Source: a virus (taxonomy: Duplodnaviria > Caudoviricetes). Taken from it: a stretch of DNA of 36,495 nucleotides. Both the position numbers and the translations under genes were made by a program. Shown here piece after piece: positions 7,859 to 17,526 of the stretch. The stretch is taken from positions 1 to 36,495 of the IMG/VR virus record IMGVR_UViG_3300042261_000330; one strand, 5' to 3'. Under the pieces are notes generated by a model, which saw only the letters and a list, made by a program, of their open reading frames with translations, made no database searches and was not told the origin of the DNA. The number at the start of each line of letters is the position of its first letter. Position 1 is the first letter of the stretch.

Positions 7859-9306
7859 TTAATCGCACGCCCCCCAACTTGACCATACGGGAATTCTATT
7901 GGCAAGCCGTAAAGTTTTAGTAGATATTCTGTGTCTGCATCATTAGGAAGATTTAAGCCGAGTATGTATTTTCTAGCACCATAATCATTGAATGTTCTTA
8001 TTCCTGTTTCCTTATCTTCGGTATAAAAATCTTTATCAATTCTGTTGATATAATTTTTAAAATCTGTCTTTGGTTCTGCCTTTTTTTCGCTCTTAGCTGC
8101 GTTTTTAGCCGCTGTATTTGCGTTTTGTTGTGATATTGCGTTCCTTGTTTGTTCAAGGTTGTAATCGGCTGTTTTAGCCCCTACGGGTACACCTAATATT
8201 CTAGCAACATCAGCATTAGCAATCCCCATTGTTTCCCACATATCGTATGCGTTTTTGTATGCTGCTTGTGCTGCATCTGACTTGGCGGCTTCAATACCTG
8301 CTACTTTATTTGCTTTTGCTGCTTCAAGGTATGGGAGTTCCCAATCGTTTGAAGGGTCATTATCATCCCTCACCTGATTTATCCTAGCTTGGTAGTTGTT
8401 TGAGTATCTGCCTATGGTGTCAATGAATGTCTTAATCTTGGCTGCTTCTGCCTCTTTTTGCTGCTCTGCTACTAACTGGTTCTGCCGGTCTGTATACTGT
8501 TGATTATATCTTACATCCTCGATATTATCCCTACCTATATTATACTCCCATTCCCTGTTATATCTTTCATCTTCTCTTGCTATATCCCTTTGCCTTTGCA
8601 TTTCTGCAATGGTTTGTTCAAGTGAAGCGGCTTCTAGTCCTGCCCTTGCATTAGCCACATCGAATTCATAACCAGTATTCACATCTGACCTTCTTCTTTC
8701 GATGTCTGCTATATCAGCAGCTTCTTGTCTGTCCAATGCTCCTGTTTGGCTCTGTAATGACATATTCGCTCTGATATTACCTTCATCAGCTATTCCGCTT
8801 CCAACCTCACCACGCCTTGCAAGTTCTTCTGCAAGAGTTCGTCTGCCCATCTGATTAAGACTTGCCACTTGATTTCGCTTGTCATAATACATAGGCTTAA
8901 TAGTGGATTGCTCTTGTTGTAGCCCTGATAAGGCCTTATCCCTTGAATTAGATAGTCCTGATATGATAGAGTCTTCTTTAGCCTTTTGCAATGCTTTAAT
9001 ATTACCCATAATATCGAATGTAGGCTGTTGAGCGACATTGCTTAATTGTGGAGTCTGTGTAGGCTGTGTAGGCTGTGGAGTAGTAATGCTGCTTATCTGA
9101 TTACCATATAAACCGCCACTATATCCGTAACCACTTCTTAAAGTCTCCATGTCATTATGTAGCTTAGTTCTTGTAGCCCCATCTGTTGCAGTATTGTAGG
9201 CGTTTCGTATAGCCATATATTTTTGGTTGAATACAGGATCAGCTTTGGCAAGTTCTTCATCCCTTGAATTAGTGTAAACTGTAACTGGCTTTTTAGTTAT
9301 TGCCAT
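7855..9306 (-). CDS. Probable internal virion/ejection protein
   Basis: 483 aa, Gln/Ala/Arg-rich coiled coil, LARRGEVGSG motif; position between fibre and large ejection protein. Confidence 0.55.
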   Translation of the reverse strand: MAITKKPVTVYTNSRDEELAKADPVFNQKYMAIRNAYNTATDGATRTKLHNDMETLRSGYGYSGGLYGNQISSITTPQPTQPTQTPQLSNVAQQPTFDIMGNIKALQKAKEDSIISGLSNSRDKALSGLQQEQSTIKPMYYDKRNQVASLNQMGRRTLAEELARRGEVGSGIADEGNIRANMSLQSQTGALDRQEAADIADIERRRSDVNTGYEFDVANARAGLEAASLEQTIAEMQRQRDIAREDERYNREWEYNIGRDNIEDVRYNQQYTDRQNQLVAEQQKEAEAAKIKTFIDTIGRYSNNYQARINQVRDDNDPSNDWELPYLEAAKANKVAGIEAAKSDAAQAAYKNAYDMWETMGIANADVARILGVPVGAKTADYNLEQTRNAISQQNANTAAKNAAKSEKKAEPKTDFKNYINRIDKDFYTEDKETGIRTFNDYGARKYILGLNLPNDADTEYLLKLYGLPIEFPYGQVGGRAIK

Positions 9307-9321
9307 TATATCGCCCTCCTT

Positions 9322-10683
9322 TTAGTTAAATTCGACAACATATGTGTTTATTTCAAACTCCGTATCATTGCCGCCAGCGATTGTTAGTTCTGTTGCACCA
9401 GTAAGGCGTGCGGTAATTGTAAGGTTAGTAGTGTCATTGCCAGGACTTTTGCATCTGCTGTGATAAAAAACCGCTGTTTTTGAAGTTGAAACACTTGAAA
9501 TTGTTTTAGCTCCTTTTGATGTATATTTATTTGTTTGGAATGATTTTACTGAAGCTGGGTCAAATTCAATAATAACATATGTCCCGTAGACATTTGCTGA
9601 AGCAGAATAGTCTTTGAATACTCTTAAATTAGTTGACGATGTAAGGTATGCAATGCAAGTGTTGTAATCAAGATTACTAACATTTAAATCAACCGCTTGC
9701 CCCCACAAGACAACACTATAAGAAGCGTTTACACTAGATACAGTTACATCAGCATATCCTACAGACCCATTCCCCGCTGTTTCCACATACCCTGTTTGTA
9801 TACTTTTTATCCCTGTAAATGCGCCTGTTATGCCAAATATGTCTGTTCCTTTTTTAATATTACCTGCCACAAAATCATCATCTAAAAACGAAACATAGTT
9901 GTTGCTATCCCCGTTATAATATCCTTCTTGTGGACATAAACTTATAACCCCAGAAGCACTAGCCAACCTTTGTGCTAGGAATGTATCACTTGACTTGTTA
10001 GGCATTGTGCCTGTTATATCAGTATCAGTATCGTTGCTGAAAATCTTACCTGCTAGTACGTTTGCAGCAACGGCATCACCTGTCGCACTAGCCTTGATAA
10101 AAAAATTGCCACCGCTTGTATCGTACCAAATTGTATATGCTTTACCCTCTACCAATGTGGGCGCATCTGTTCCTCCAGGCTTATATACTGGGGCCGCTCC
10201 TTTTGATTCAACATCTGCTGTTGTTGCTGCTCCATTGTTATTAGCCGAAGCAATAAACTCTGCCTTTGCACCATTTGTAAGAGAAAACCCTTTCTGCGCT
10301 ATGGTTAAAGCTGTTGCTGTTCCTCCCGCTGTCGGTAAGGTAGTAAGAGGGCTAAAAGCTAATTTACCCTCTGTCAGTGAGCTGTCGGGAATCTGCCCTA
10401 ATATAACCCCTGCTGTTGTATCGTCAACATATTTTTTTGTGGCTGGATGATAATTAGCGGTAGGCGTGTATGTATCTGTGTTTGTCTTTGTTAATACCTC
10501 TGCTGTGGTAGGTAGTGCATCAATAGCAGCGTCAATTTCCGCTGTTAGTGTATCATTTATGTAAGTCTTAATTGTGTTTGTCCCTTCATCAAGTTTTGCT
10601 TTAGTAGCGGAAGCCTGACCTATTATTCTGTCTGCTAAAGCCTGTATGATATTAAGGCTTGCTGTTAGTTTTGTTAAAGGCAT
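9322..10683 (-). CDS. Tail fibre protein
   Basis: NYHPATKKYVD and ATGDAVAANVLAGKIFS..ITGTMPN motifs typical of clostridial phage fibres; C-terminal duplicated beta unit (IKSIQTG..VIIEFD / VKSFQTN..VVEFN). Confidence 0.8.
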   Translation of the reverse strand: MPLTKLTASLNIIQALADRIIGQASATKAKLDEGTNTIKTYINDTLTAEIDAAIDALPTTAEVLTKTNTDTYTPTANYHPATKKYVDDTTAGVILGQIPDSSLTEGKLAFSPLTTLPTAGGTATALTIAQKGFSLTNGAKAEFIASANNNGAATTADVESKGAAPVYKPGGTDAPTLVEGKAYTIWYDTSGGNFFIKASATGDAVAANVLAGKIFSNDTDTDITGTMPNKSSDTFLAQRLASASGVISLCPQEGYYNGDSNNYVSFLDDDFVAGNIKKGTDIFGITGAFTGIKSIQTGYVETAGNGSVGYADVTVSSVNASYSVVLWGQAVDLNVSNLDYNTCIAYLTSSTNLRVFKDYSASANVYGTYVIIEFDPASVKSFQTNKYTSKGAKTISSVSTSKTAVFYHSRCKSPGNDTTNLTITARLTGATELTIAGGNDTEFEINTYVVEFN

Positions 10684-10697
10684 ATCCTCATTCCTTT

Positions 10698-12776
10698 CTA
10701 TTTAGAATAGCCACCTAGTGTTGGCTCTGCTGTTATGTCTAATATTTGTGCTGTATAGGTATCACTTGTTAGTTTCAATATATATCTGAAGTACACCCAA
10801 TTTTTAGCCTTAGTCTTTACCTTAAAAGGCTGCGGGTTGTAATTCCCTGAAAAACTGAAATCGTCAAAATCAATATCGTCAAAGTCAAGATTGGTATAAC
10901 CTATGGTTTTTGCAGTAGTCTTGGGAAGTTTCTTGTTTGTTTCCCAATACACATCAAGACTTACTCTTGACTCTGCTTTAAGTGATATATGGCTTTCTTC
11001 AAGATATTTAACTCTGTTAGGTATTCCCATGTCCATGAAGCCTAGATATATCTCTGCCGCAATATCGCTTCCATTGAATGAGCGCAAGTCCTCGTCAAAC
11101 TTCATTATCTCACCATTGTCTGTGCCGAACCATAAGAACCCGTCATAATCAACAAAGCAAGTAGGAGTGCTAAGTAATGTGAACTTATACCACGCATCAA
11201 GCCTATAGTTATAAACCCAAATTGTTTTACCAACACATAGCCAGTATTCTTTTTTAGATTCATAATCAAAAGTGATAGCATTTTCAAGAACCACATCATC
11301 AAGTGAAGGCTGAACCCTTCTGCTTATATATGCAGCGTTCCTTTCATCCCTTACATTAGTTGAAATCCATTGATATACGCCCTTGTAAATCGTAATAGGA
11401 TTATTCTCTATGAGCTGCGCCTGTCCAAAAGCTACATTACCCACCGCATCATTTAAAGGGAATACTGGGAAAGATATAGTAGTTGAGCCATCATCAAATG
11501 TAAATAGGTTATAATATGAATAGAAAGCCTTGCCACCATCTGTATATATAATCTGTCTGTCATACTGTTTAATTATGTCTGTAATGGAAAATTCGCTTGT
11601 GCCTATATCGTAATAATTAGTTGTTGGAAAATACTCTGCGGAAGGTACTGGCAATGTGCCTGTTACATCAGCTAAAGCTGAATGGTATCGCCTATTCTTA
11701 TAGGTAGCATTACCCCACATGAATACTCTTGTATCATTCTCACCATTATAAATCAGAGTATCTCTGCAACCTTCGATATATGACCTTGACCCGCTACCCT
11801 TAGTCCACTTGATTTCTACATTATTAGCCACATTTGCAGGTGGTGAATTAAATGTAACCTTGCCCGCTGTTGTGTCAACGGTGTAGTCGGTAGTAAGGGT
11901 ATAGTTAGTTCCTGTTACAAGGTTTTTAACATAGTCAATAGAGGCTACCCCTGTTTCTGCTATAAAAAATTGAGTAGCTGAACCATTGCCGCTGAACCAT
12001 TGCCGCTTCTCTCCTGTAAGAGTGTTCAATGCCTCGTATGAAGTACCGCCACCAGTAGGTGGAGTAGCTGTTGCTATCAGTGGCACATATCCTGTTACTG
12101 TTGCGATAGCTCCACTTCCTGTCCACTTCTTGTACTCTGCCCCGTTTTGTATGTATATAGCCCCATCAAAATAAAAGAAATTAGTCTTAGCATTAGTCAA
12201 AGTACCTATCCTGTAATAGCCTGTTGAAGTGCCTAGTGCTGTTCTTGCCGACGCTATTGTAGCATAAGTACCTTTAGCCACTATGAATGATATTTTCTCA
12301 TCAGAGTCAAAATAAAACTTACCAACGGAAGCCACATTATCAACACTTGCCGCCGCAACTTCTGTAAGTCTTGTCCCTGCTGAATTCTTTAAGATTACAA
12401 CATTGTCAACGCCTGTGCTTCCTGCCTCTGCGCCGCTTAAAGCTGTTGTCTTAACCACATCAACATTTGTATATGTAGAGGTGTCTAGGGCATCATAGGT
12501 AGTGCCGCTTATGGATAAGTCCCTGTATATATGCCCGCCATGAGCAAATAAAAATCTATCGACACCACCTAGTTTACCCCTCCACATACCTTGAATATTA
12601 CTTGCGCCTATGCTTGCGAAGTCTTGGACATACCCTTCTATTACTCTTGGCTTGTACTCGTCTACTAGCCGAAAGTTAGTCATTACCTCTGCCTCGCCCT
12701 GCTTAAGCTGTGTATTACCTTGTTCGTTTATTCCTAGAAAAGCACTAATGCTTATAGGAAGTCTAGTTTCTTCCAA
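10698..12776 (-). CDS. Tail nozzle/stabilisation protein (P22 gp10-like)
   Basis: 692 aa beta-rich; FLGINE N-terminus, YWLCVGKTIWVYNYRLDAWYKF; follows adaptor gene. Confidence 0.65.
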   Translation of the reverse strand: MEETRLPISISAFLGINEQGNTQLKQGEAEVMTNFRLVDEYKPRVIEGYVQDFASIGASNIQGMWRGKLGGVDRFLFAHGGHIYRDLSISGTTYDALDTSTYTNVDVVKTTALSGAEAGSTGVDNVVILKNSAGTRLTEVAAASVDNVASVGKFYFDSDEKISFIVAKGTYATIASARTALGTSTGYYRIGTLTNAKTNFFYFDGAIYIQNGAEYKKWTGSGAIATVTGYVPLIATATPPTGGGTSYEALNTLTGEKRQWFSGNGSATQFFIAETGVASIDYVKNLVTGTNYTLTTDYTVDTTAGKVTFNSPPANVANNVEIKWTKGSGSRSYIEGCRDTLIYNGENDTRVFMWGNATYKNRRYHSALADVTGTLPVPSAEYFPTTNYYDIGTSEFSITDIIKQYDRQIIYTDGGKAFYSYYNLFTFDDGSTTISFPVFPLNDAVGNVAFGQAQLIENNPITIYKGVYQWISTNVRDERNAAYISRRVQPSLDDVVLENAITFDYESKKEYWLCVGKTIWVYNYRLDAWYKFTLLSTPTCFVDYDGFLWFGTDNGEIMKFDEDLRSFNGSDIAAEIYLGFMDMGIPNRVKYLEESHISLKAESRVSLDVYWETNKKLPKTTAKTIGYTNLDFDDIDFDDFSFSGNYNPQPFKVKTKAKNWVYFRYILKLTSDTYTAQILDITAEPTLGGYSK

Positions 12777-12792
12777 TGGGTATCACCCCCTT

Positions 12793-13707
12793 TTAAAAAT
12801 TACCATAGACATTTACCGTCTGTTTTTCTGATACAGGCTGTTTGATAGTGGCTAAGGATTTCATTTCCCTATACCGCCTTTCAAAGTAAGCAAATTTAGT
12901 TTGGTTAGCTTCCTTATAAAGCTCCATCGCTAACCCCCAGGGAATTACGCTTCTTGCGGTAACATCATCAACCTGTAAGCTGTCTGTTAATGCTGTGATT
13001 GTAGAGGGTATCGGTCTGTAAATAATTCTTATTACCCCTTCATAATCATAATTTACATATAAGTCCTTGAACCCTTCCCATTTATATGCTGTGTCTGAAT
13101 TGTACTGCTGAATAGGGTACTCGTTCACGATTTGGTCTACACTCTTAAAGTCGGTCGGCATTGTAACTTTATACAGCTGTCTGTATGTCGGTACATCGCC
13201 ATTACTTGCGAATGGTAAAGAGAATAAGGCATAGTTTACGAATAGATACCTGTTTGTGCCACTAAATCTAATCCTTGACTTTGTTGCCCCTGTTGTCGGA
13301 GTTACCTTTGCCCTATAAGCCGTAAATCCGCTTGTAGTAGGTGCGCAAGTAATCGTAGCTAGTACATTCCATCCGCTTGTGAAATCCTCGATATAAACAG
13401 TAGCATCGTCTGACACTTCAAAATAATATGCCTTAACACTCCCGCTTGCCTCTTTAGTAATATCCTCGCCTGTGAATTCTTCATACTCATATCCCTTTGT
13501 ATCGCCTAATAGGTTTGTAGCGGGCTTACAGGCAATCTCATATGTACTGTAAATATCGCCCTCTTTGATTAGTTCTGCCTGTAATGCGGTCAATATGCCT
13601 GGCGTTCTTACCTCTAAATCGGTAGTATCATCGGGCTGACCATTATCATCAAGCTCATTACCTAAGGCATATACAATATTTAACACTTCCTGTGCGGTAA
13701 CTGACAT
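12793..13707 (-). CDS. Head-tail adaptor protein
   Basis: YKVTMPTDFKSV and IIYRPIPSTI..SVIPWGLA..FERRY motifs; position before nozzle. Confidence 0.55.
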   Translation of the reverse strand: MSVTAQEVLNIVYALGNELDDNGQPDDTTDLEVRTPGILTALQAELIKEGDIYSTYEIACKPATNLLGDTKGYEYEEFTGEDITKEASGSVKAYYFEVSDDATVYIEDFTSGWNVLATITCAPTTSGFTAYRAKVTPTTGATKSRIRFSGTNRYLFVNYALFSLPFASNGDVPTYRQLYKVTMPTDFKSVDQIVNEYPIQQYNSDTAYKWEGFKDLYVNYDYEGVIRIIYRPIPSTITALTDSLQVDDVTARSVIPWGLAMELYKEANQTKFAYFERRYREMKSLATIKQPVSEKQTVNVYGNF

Positions 13708-13711
13708 ATCA

Positions 13712-13885
13712 TCACCCCTTCGTCAAAATATCTAACAGGGCTTGCATCTCGGCTTTAGTCATTGTCTTACTATACTTTGCCTTTACCTCGTCTTTTTCTT
13801 TTTTCTTGCTATTAAAATTATCTACTCTTGCCTGTGTTAGCTTGCCTTTTTCAACCATTTTAGTAAGAAATTCATCCCTTGTCAT
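13712..13885 (-). CDS. Small protein (57 aa), possibly XkdX-like fibre chaperone; not in ORF track
   Basis: MTRDEFLTKMVEKGKLTQARVD...LLDILTKG; fills the gap between neighbours, RBS GGGGTG. Confidence 0.6.
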   Translation of the reverse strand: MTRDEFLTKMVEKGKLTQARVDNFNSKKKEKDEVKAKYSKTMTKAEMQALLDILTKG

Positions 13886-13888
13886 GTG

Positions 13889-14182
13889 CTACACCCCCAA
13901 TTCATTAATCAGCAAATCTTCAAGTGTGCCTTCTTCCTGCTCCTGTGCCTCTGCTTCTGCCTCTGCTTCTGCTTCCCTTCTTGCTAATTCCTCCGCCCAA
14001 GCAATATCCCTGACCACAATATCAGCTTCAATCCTTGCTATATTCTCTTGCAAGTTATCATCAGTACACGCAATCAACATTCCGCTTGCTTCCTCAACTA
14101 CATATTTACCAGCTTCAATCGTGTAAGTTTCACCTGTGCTAGTGTTTACTACAATGTCTTTATCTGTTTTATAATAATTCAT
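13889..14182 (-). CDS. Small acidic protein, possibly fibre assembly chaperone
   Basis: 97 aa, EAEAEA stretch, RBS AAGGGTGA; directly after the CLec-type gene. Confidence 0.6.
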   Translation of the reverse strand: MNYYKTDKDIVVNTSTGETYTIEAGKYVVEEASGMLIACTDDNLQENIARIEADIVVRDIAWAEELARREAEAEAEAEAQEQEEGTLEDLLINELGV

Positions 14183-14233
14183 ATCATCACCCTTTCTATT
14201 TGCCTATAAATTTATATTAAATTTTATTATATT

Positions 14234-15466
14234 TTACCTCTTGTATCCACAAAGCCGAGCTCCGATAGTCCGATCAGAAATAGACGCAGCAAGATACAGA
14301 ACGAAAGAGAAGCAACCCGCAAGACCGCCATCATTCCAATTACTACCGAGCAGCGCAATTCTATTACCTGTTGTTTGATAATAATAATCACATAATTTTG
14401 TTGTGCTACTACCTCCACTTACTGAACTAGGCAAGAACATATAATCCCAAGTCTTGCTAAGTGAAATATTACTAGCATAACCATCTGTATTGCCGAGTGT
14501 AAGACCAGTATTACTATACGAACCACTAAATGCATCACTTACAAACGCATTATCTGCTATCCAAGGATTACTATCTGCTTTGATACTCAAACCATCAATA
14601 AATATCCATAAATTACCCCAGAAGTTTTCAATACCCCTGTAAGATACCGCAAAATTAGATTGTCCTGTTTGGTAGTGTACATTTGTAACTTTGCCACTAG
14701 CATTACCTAAGCTAGAAGTAGCACCAGTGTTAATTGCCATATTAGTAGCACTATCATCAGTTATCGATACTATACCATCGCCGATTTTTGATTGTGAATT
14801 AAAACTTGCATACTCAACTAAATACAATAACTGTACTGCACTTACAATGTTAAATGTTAACTGTTCCCATTTAGCGCCACGATTTTTAGCAAGCTGTCTA
14901 GCGTTAGCGATAGTGAGAGTATTTCTCCAACCACTAATAGGTTTTGCTCCTGCACGAGAAGATAATTTATCCCCTGTTGTAGCTGCAAAGTCTACTCCTG
15001 CTGCATCTGTTGTGTTATATGCACCACCACTTACATCATAAGCACAACCTTCAAATGCTGAACAATAAACAAAATCATTTACCAAGCCATTGCGGATAAA
15101 TGCAGGATGAAGTTTAAAATCAGAGCGAGGACACAAGGAAATCCACCAGCGATATATCCCGCTGTTTAAGTCTTCTGTCTTATACCAAAACTTAGCAATC
15201 TCAACCATAACCTGACCATTGCTGCCATCTTCAATATAAGAAGCATCACCTAAACGAGCGAGAACATTCATATCATCATCGACATTAACTCTGCCCTTCA
15301 TTATCTGCTTATAGAAAAGGTCTAATGCCCTTGCATCCATTCTTTCAGCAGCACCGAGCCTTGTATATACATCTGTGCCTTGTTTCCACTCTAACCCTAT
15401 TATATTGTAGTCAAGAACTGTCGGCTTGAATGTTCCTTGTGTTGCCATTTTTAAAGCACTTATCAT
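14234..15466 (-). CDS. Fibre/receptor-binding protein with C-terminal CLec (Mtd/FGE-like) DGR-target-type domain
   Basis: GQVMVEIAKFWY, FKLHPAF, SYRGIENFWGNLWIFIDG and terminal LLGSNWNDGGLAG...SISDRTIGARL motif. Confidence 0.8.
   Translation of the reverse strand: MISALKMATQGTFKPTVLDYNIIGLEWKQGTDVYTRLGAAERMDARALDLFYKQIMKGRVNVDDDMNVLARLGDASYIEDGSNGQVMVEIAKFWYKTEDLNSGIYRWWISLCPRSDFKLHPAFIRNGLVNDFVYCSAFEGCAYDVSGGAYNTTDAAGVDFAATTGDKLSSRAGAKPISGWRNTLTIANARQLAKNRGAKWEQLTFNIVSAVQLLYLVEYASFNSQSKIGDGIVSITDDSATNMAINTGATSSLGNASGKVTNVHYQTGQSNFAVSYRGIENFWGNLWIFIDGLSIKADSNPWIADNAFVSDAFSGSYSNTGLTLGNTDGYASNISLSKTWDYMFLPSSVSGGSSTTKLCDYYYQTTGNRIALLGSNWNDGGLAGCFSFVLYLAASISDRTIGARLCGYKR
14252..14356 (-). other. 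DGR variable-repeat (VR)-like segment
   Basis: 35 codons, by hand count 54/105 GC and 12/105 A, only one A-ending codon; positions usually Asn in template repeats are NNT codons. Confidence 0.7.
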
Positions 15467-15467
15467 A

Positions 15468-15908
15468 TCAGAAACACTCCCTTACACGAATATATGCGCT
15501 AAATCCGTCTGAACCTCCCAAAGCCGTATCATTCGACACTACAAGCCTTAGTGCCGCACCTGTAAATATGCCCTCTACCTCTTTTTCATAGGCGTTAATA
15601 GTTGTGCCTGTGTATGCTGCGGATTTTGGTACTGTCATTGAGTCAAGGAAAGCATACCTTGTGCCTGCTCCTAGCGATGTTTCTGTCGACATTATTTTGA
15701 TTGTTAGGTCTGTGACTGTCGAGGGATTATACACCACTATCTTATACCTTTGCTTTGCATATGTAGGCGCAGCGATGTCTATTGTAACCTGTGTATTGAT
15801 TAATGCTGAATTAGCGTATGTTGCTGTTTGGTCTGTGCCGACTTGTGTGCCTGTTCTATTTCCAGTTAAAAATTTATATAATCTGTTTGCTACTTCATTT
15901 TGTAACAT
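15468..15908 (-). CDS. Hypothetical structural protein (beta-rich)
   Basis: 146 aa, RBS GGAGG, in structural operon. Confidence 0.6.
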   Translation of the reverse strand: MLQNEVANRLYKFLTGNRTGTQVGTDQTATYANSALINTQVTIDIAAPTYAKQRYKIVVYNPSTVTDLTIKIMSTETSLGAGTRYAFLDSMTVPKSAAYTGTTINAYEKEVEGIFTGAALRLVVSNDTALGGSDGFSAYIRVRECF

Positions 15909-15941
15909 TTTTTATTCCTCCTGCTTTATTTATTTACACCA

Positions 15942-16727
15942 TTATTTTACATACTCGTAATTGCTACCTGCAGAGTCAAGTAATAAATGTATGTCAAAAT
16001 CATCGACTAGCGCATCAGCAGCATATACGTTATCTTCCCTGTATAGCTTTATTAGTAAAATGCTAGATATTGTCTTTCCTGCCCCGTCTATGCCATCAGC
16101 ATTATAGCTTATCTGTCCAAGTGTGCCGCTTGAATAGGTAAAGGCATATGTGGACATTGCAAAAGTAGTCCAATCTGCTGACTCTAATGCACCATTGTTA
16201 TACCATTTATAGTCAATCTTGAATACTGCGGCTTCATCCCTTTTCTGTCTCCAGTGAACATGAGGATATATTTTAGTACCTTCCTTCCACTTGTGCGGGA
16301 GTTGACACCTTACAATTAATATTTCTGTTTTGTCATTTCTTGGGAATAAATACCCGCAATTAGTGTAATCATAGTCAGGCTTTCCGCCTGCTGTCGGTTT
16401 GCCAATTATCAAAGGGACATTGTAATCATCCCATCTTTCTGCTATTGACGAGTCTACAACTACCCATGAATTCAGCATTGGTGCTATCGTTATGTATTGT
16501 GCTTTTAGAGTTAGGGTAACATTGCCTGTCAATGTCTCACTTCCATAAGGAGTTATGGTTACTGTATTTGCCGAAGTATCAGCTTTTTTTATGGTTATCT
16601 CTTTTGAGTACCCTCGTGATGGTTCAAGATAAACTGTTACATTCCCACTTGTTGAGTCGCACTCGATGAAATCGTCATTATACTGCGCATATACTGTGGT
16701 GCTTGTTGTATATTTATACACTATCAC
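15942..16727 (-). CDS. Hypothetical structural protein (fibre/decoration-like N-terminus)
   Basis: CDSTSGNVTVYL..ITIKKADTSANTVTI motif common in virion fibre proteins; QLPHKWKEGT..PHVHW C-terminal domain. Confidence 0.6.
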   Translation of the reverse strand: MIVYKYTTSTTVYAQYNDDFIECDSTSGNVTVYLEPSRGYSKEITIKKADTSANTVTITPYGSETLTGNVTLTLKAQYITIAPMLNSWVVVDSSIAERWDDYNVPLIIGKPTAGGKPDYDYTNCGYLFPRNDKTEILIVRCQLPHKWKEGTKIYPHVHWRQKRDEAAVFKIDYKWYNNGALESADWTTFAMSTYAFTYSSGTLGQISYNADGIDGAGKTISSILLIKLYREDNVYAADALVDDFDIHLLLDSAGSNYEYVK

Positions 16728-17041
16728 CCCTCCTTCTTATGCTCTCGGTAGTGCGCCATAAGTATTCCGTTATTGTCAGTTTCAAAATTACATTTCTTAC
16801 ATTTCAAAATCTTCTTTGCTGGTTGTACTTCTTTCTGTTCTTGCTTAGGCTGTTCTGTTTCTGCAATTACTTTATGGTCGAATCTAACCATTAATTTTTT
16901 TATTAAACCTTCATCGCTTGTTTCATATTCACCATTTGAATTAAATCTAAATAGCGGCTTGTGTTGAATTTCTCCTGTAAAATATTTCTTTTTTCTTTCT
17001 TTGATTAGCATATTTGGTTGCCCGTAGAAAATAACTTTCAT
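16724..17041 (-). CDS. Small protein with C-terminal C2H2-type zinc finger
   Basis: CKKC...MAHYREH. Confidence 0.65.
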   Translation of the reverse strand: MKVIFYGQPNMLIKERKKKYFTGEIQHKPLFRFNSNGEYETSDEGLIKKLMVRFDHKVIAETEQPKQEQKEVQPAKKILKCKKCNFETDNNGILMAHYREHKKEG

Positions 17042-17051
17042 AAATCACCTC

Positions 17052-17078
17052 AAAAATAAAAGGGAGGTTTCCCTCCCT
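17052..17078 (-). terminator. Intrinsic terminator after capsid-associated gene
   Basis: AGGGAGG-GAAA-CCTCCCT hairpin followed by TTTATTTTT. Confidence 0.8.
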
Positions 17079-17087
17079 AATGTTTAT

Positions 17088-17477
17088 TTATGCCAACATT
17101 TCAATTACTTTGACGTATGCCGCATGATTAGTTACAAGTTTATCTGTGTCTGCTGGGTCTAAAGTAAGCAAAATTGTTCCATCGTCTTGCAATACTTTTG
17201 CTGTGTCGATTTCTAATGCTTTTTCAGTATTCTTTGTAACTGTTCCTGTAATCGCTCCTGCCGCCCATAAATCTCCCGCAGCTATTGAATAGCTTATATT
17301 ACCATCTGCCCCTGACCCTGTGCCTCCTATTATAATTATGAGGTTCTTTCCTGCCTTTGTAGGTGTTATGGTAAATACTTCTGCTGTTCCGTCAACATCT
17401 GCTGTTGCTGCATTGCTTGTTATTGTTGTTATAGTATTTAGTGCACTAAATGTGCTGTTAGTTACTGTTACTGCCAT
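17088..17477 (-). CDS. Probable capsid decoration/cement protein
   Basis: 129 aa, Thr/Ala-rich beta protein directly after the capsid gene with an identical translation-initiation region. Confidence 0.55.
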   Translation of the reverse strand: MAVTVTNSTFSALNTITTITSNAATADVDGTAEVFTITPTKAGKNLIIIIGGTGSGADGNISYSIAAGDLWAAGAITGTVTKNTEKALEIDTAKVLQDDGTILLTLDPADTDKLVTNHAAYVKVIEMLA

Positions 17478-17526
17478 AATTTAATCATCCTTTCATAATA
17501 AGTTACAAGGGCTAGTTAGCCCCTGT

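Noticed and set aside
13940-13975. TCTGC(T/C) repeats
   Set aside because: They encode the EAEAEA low-complexity stretch of the 97-aa protein.
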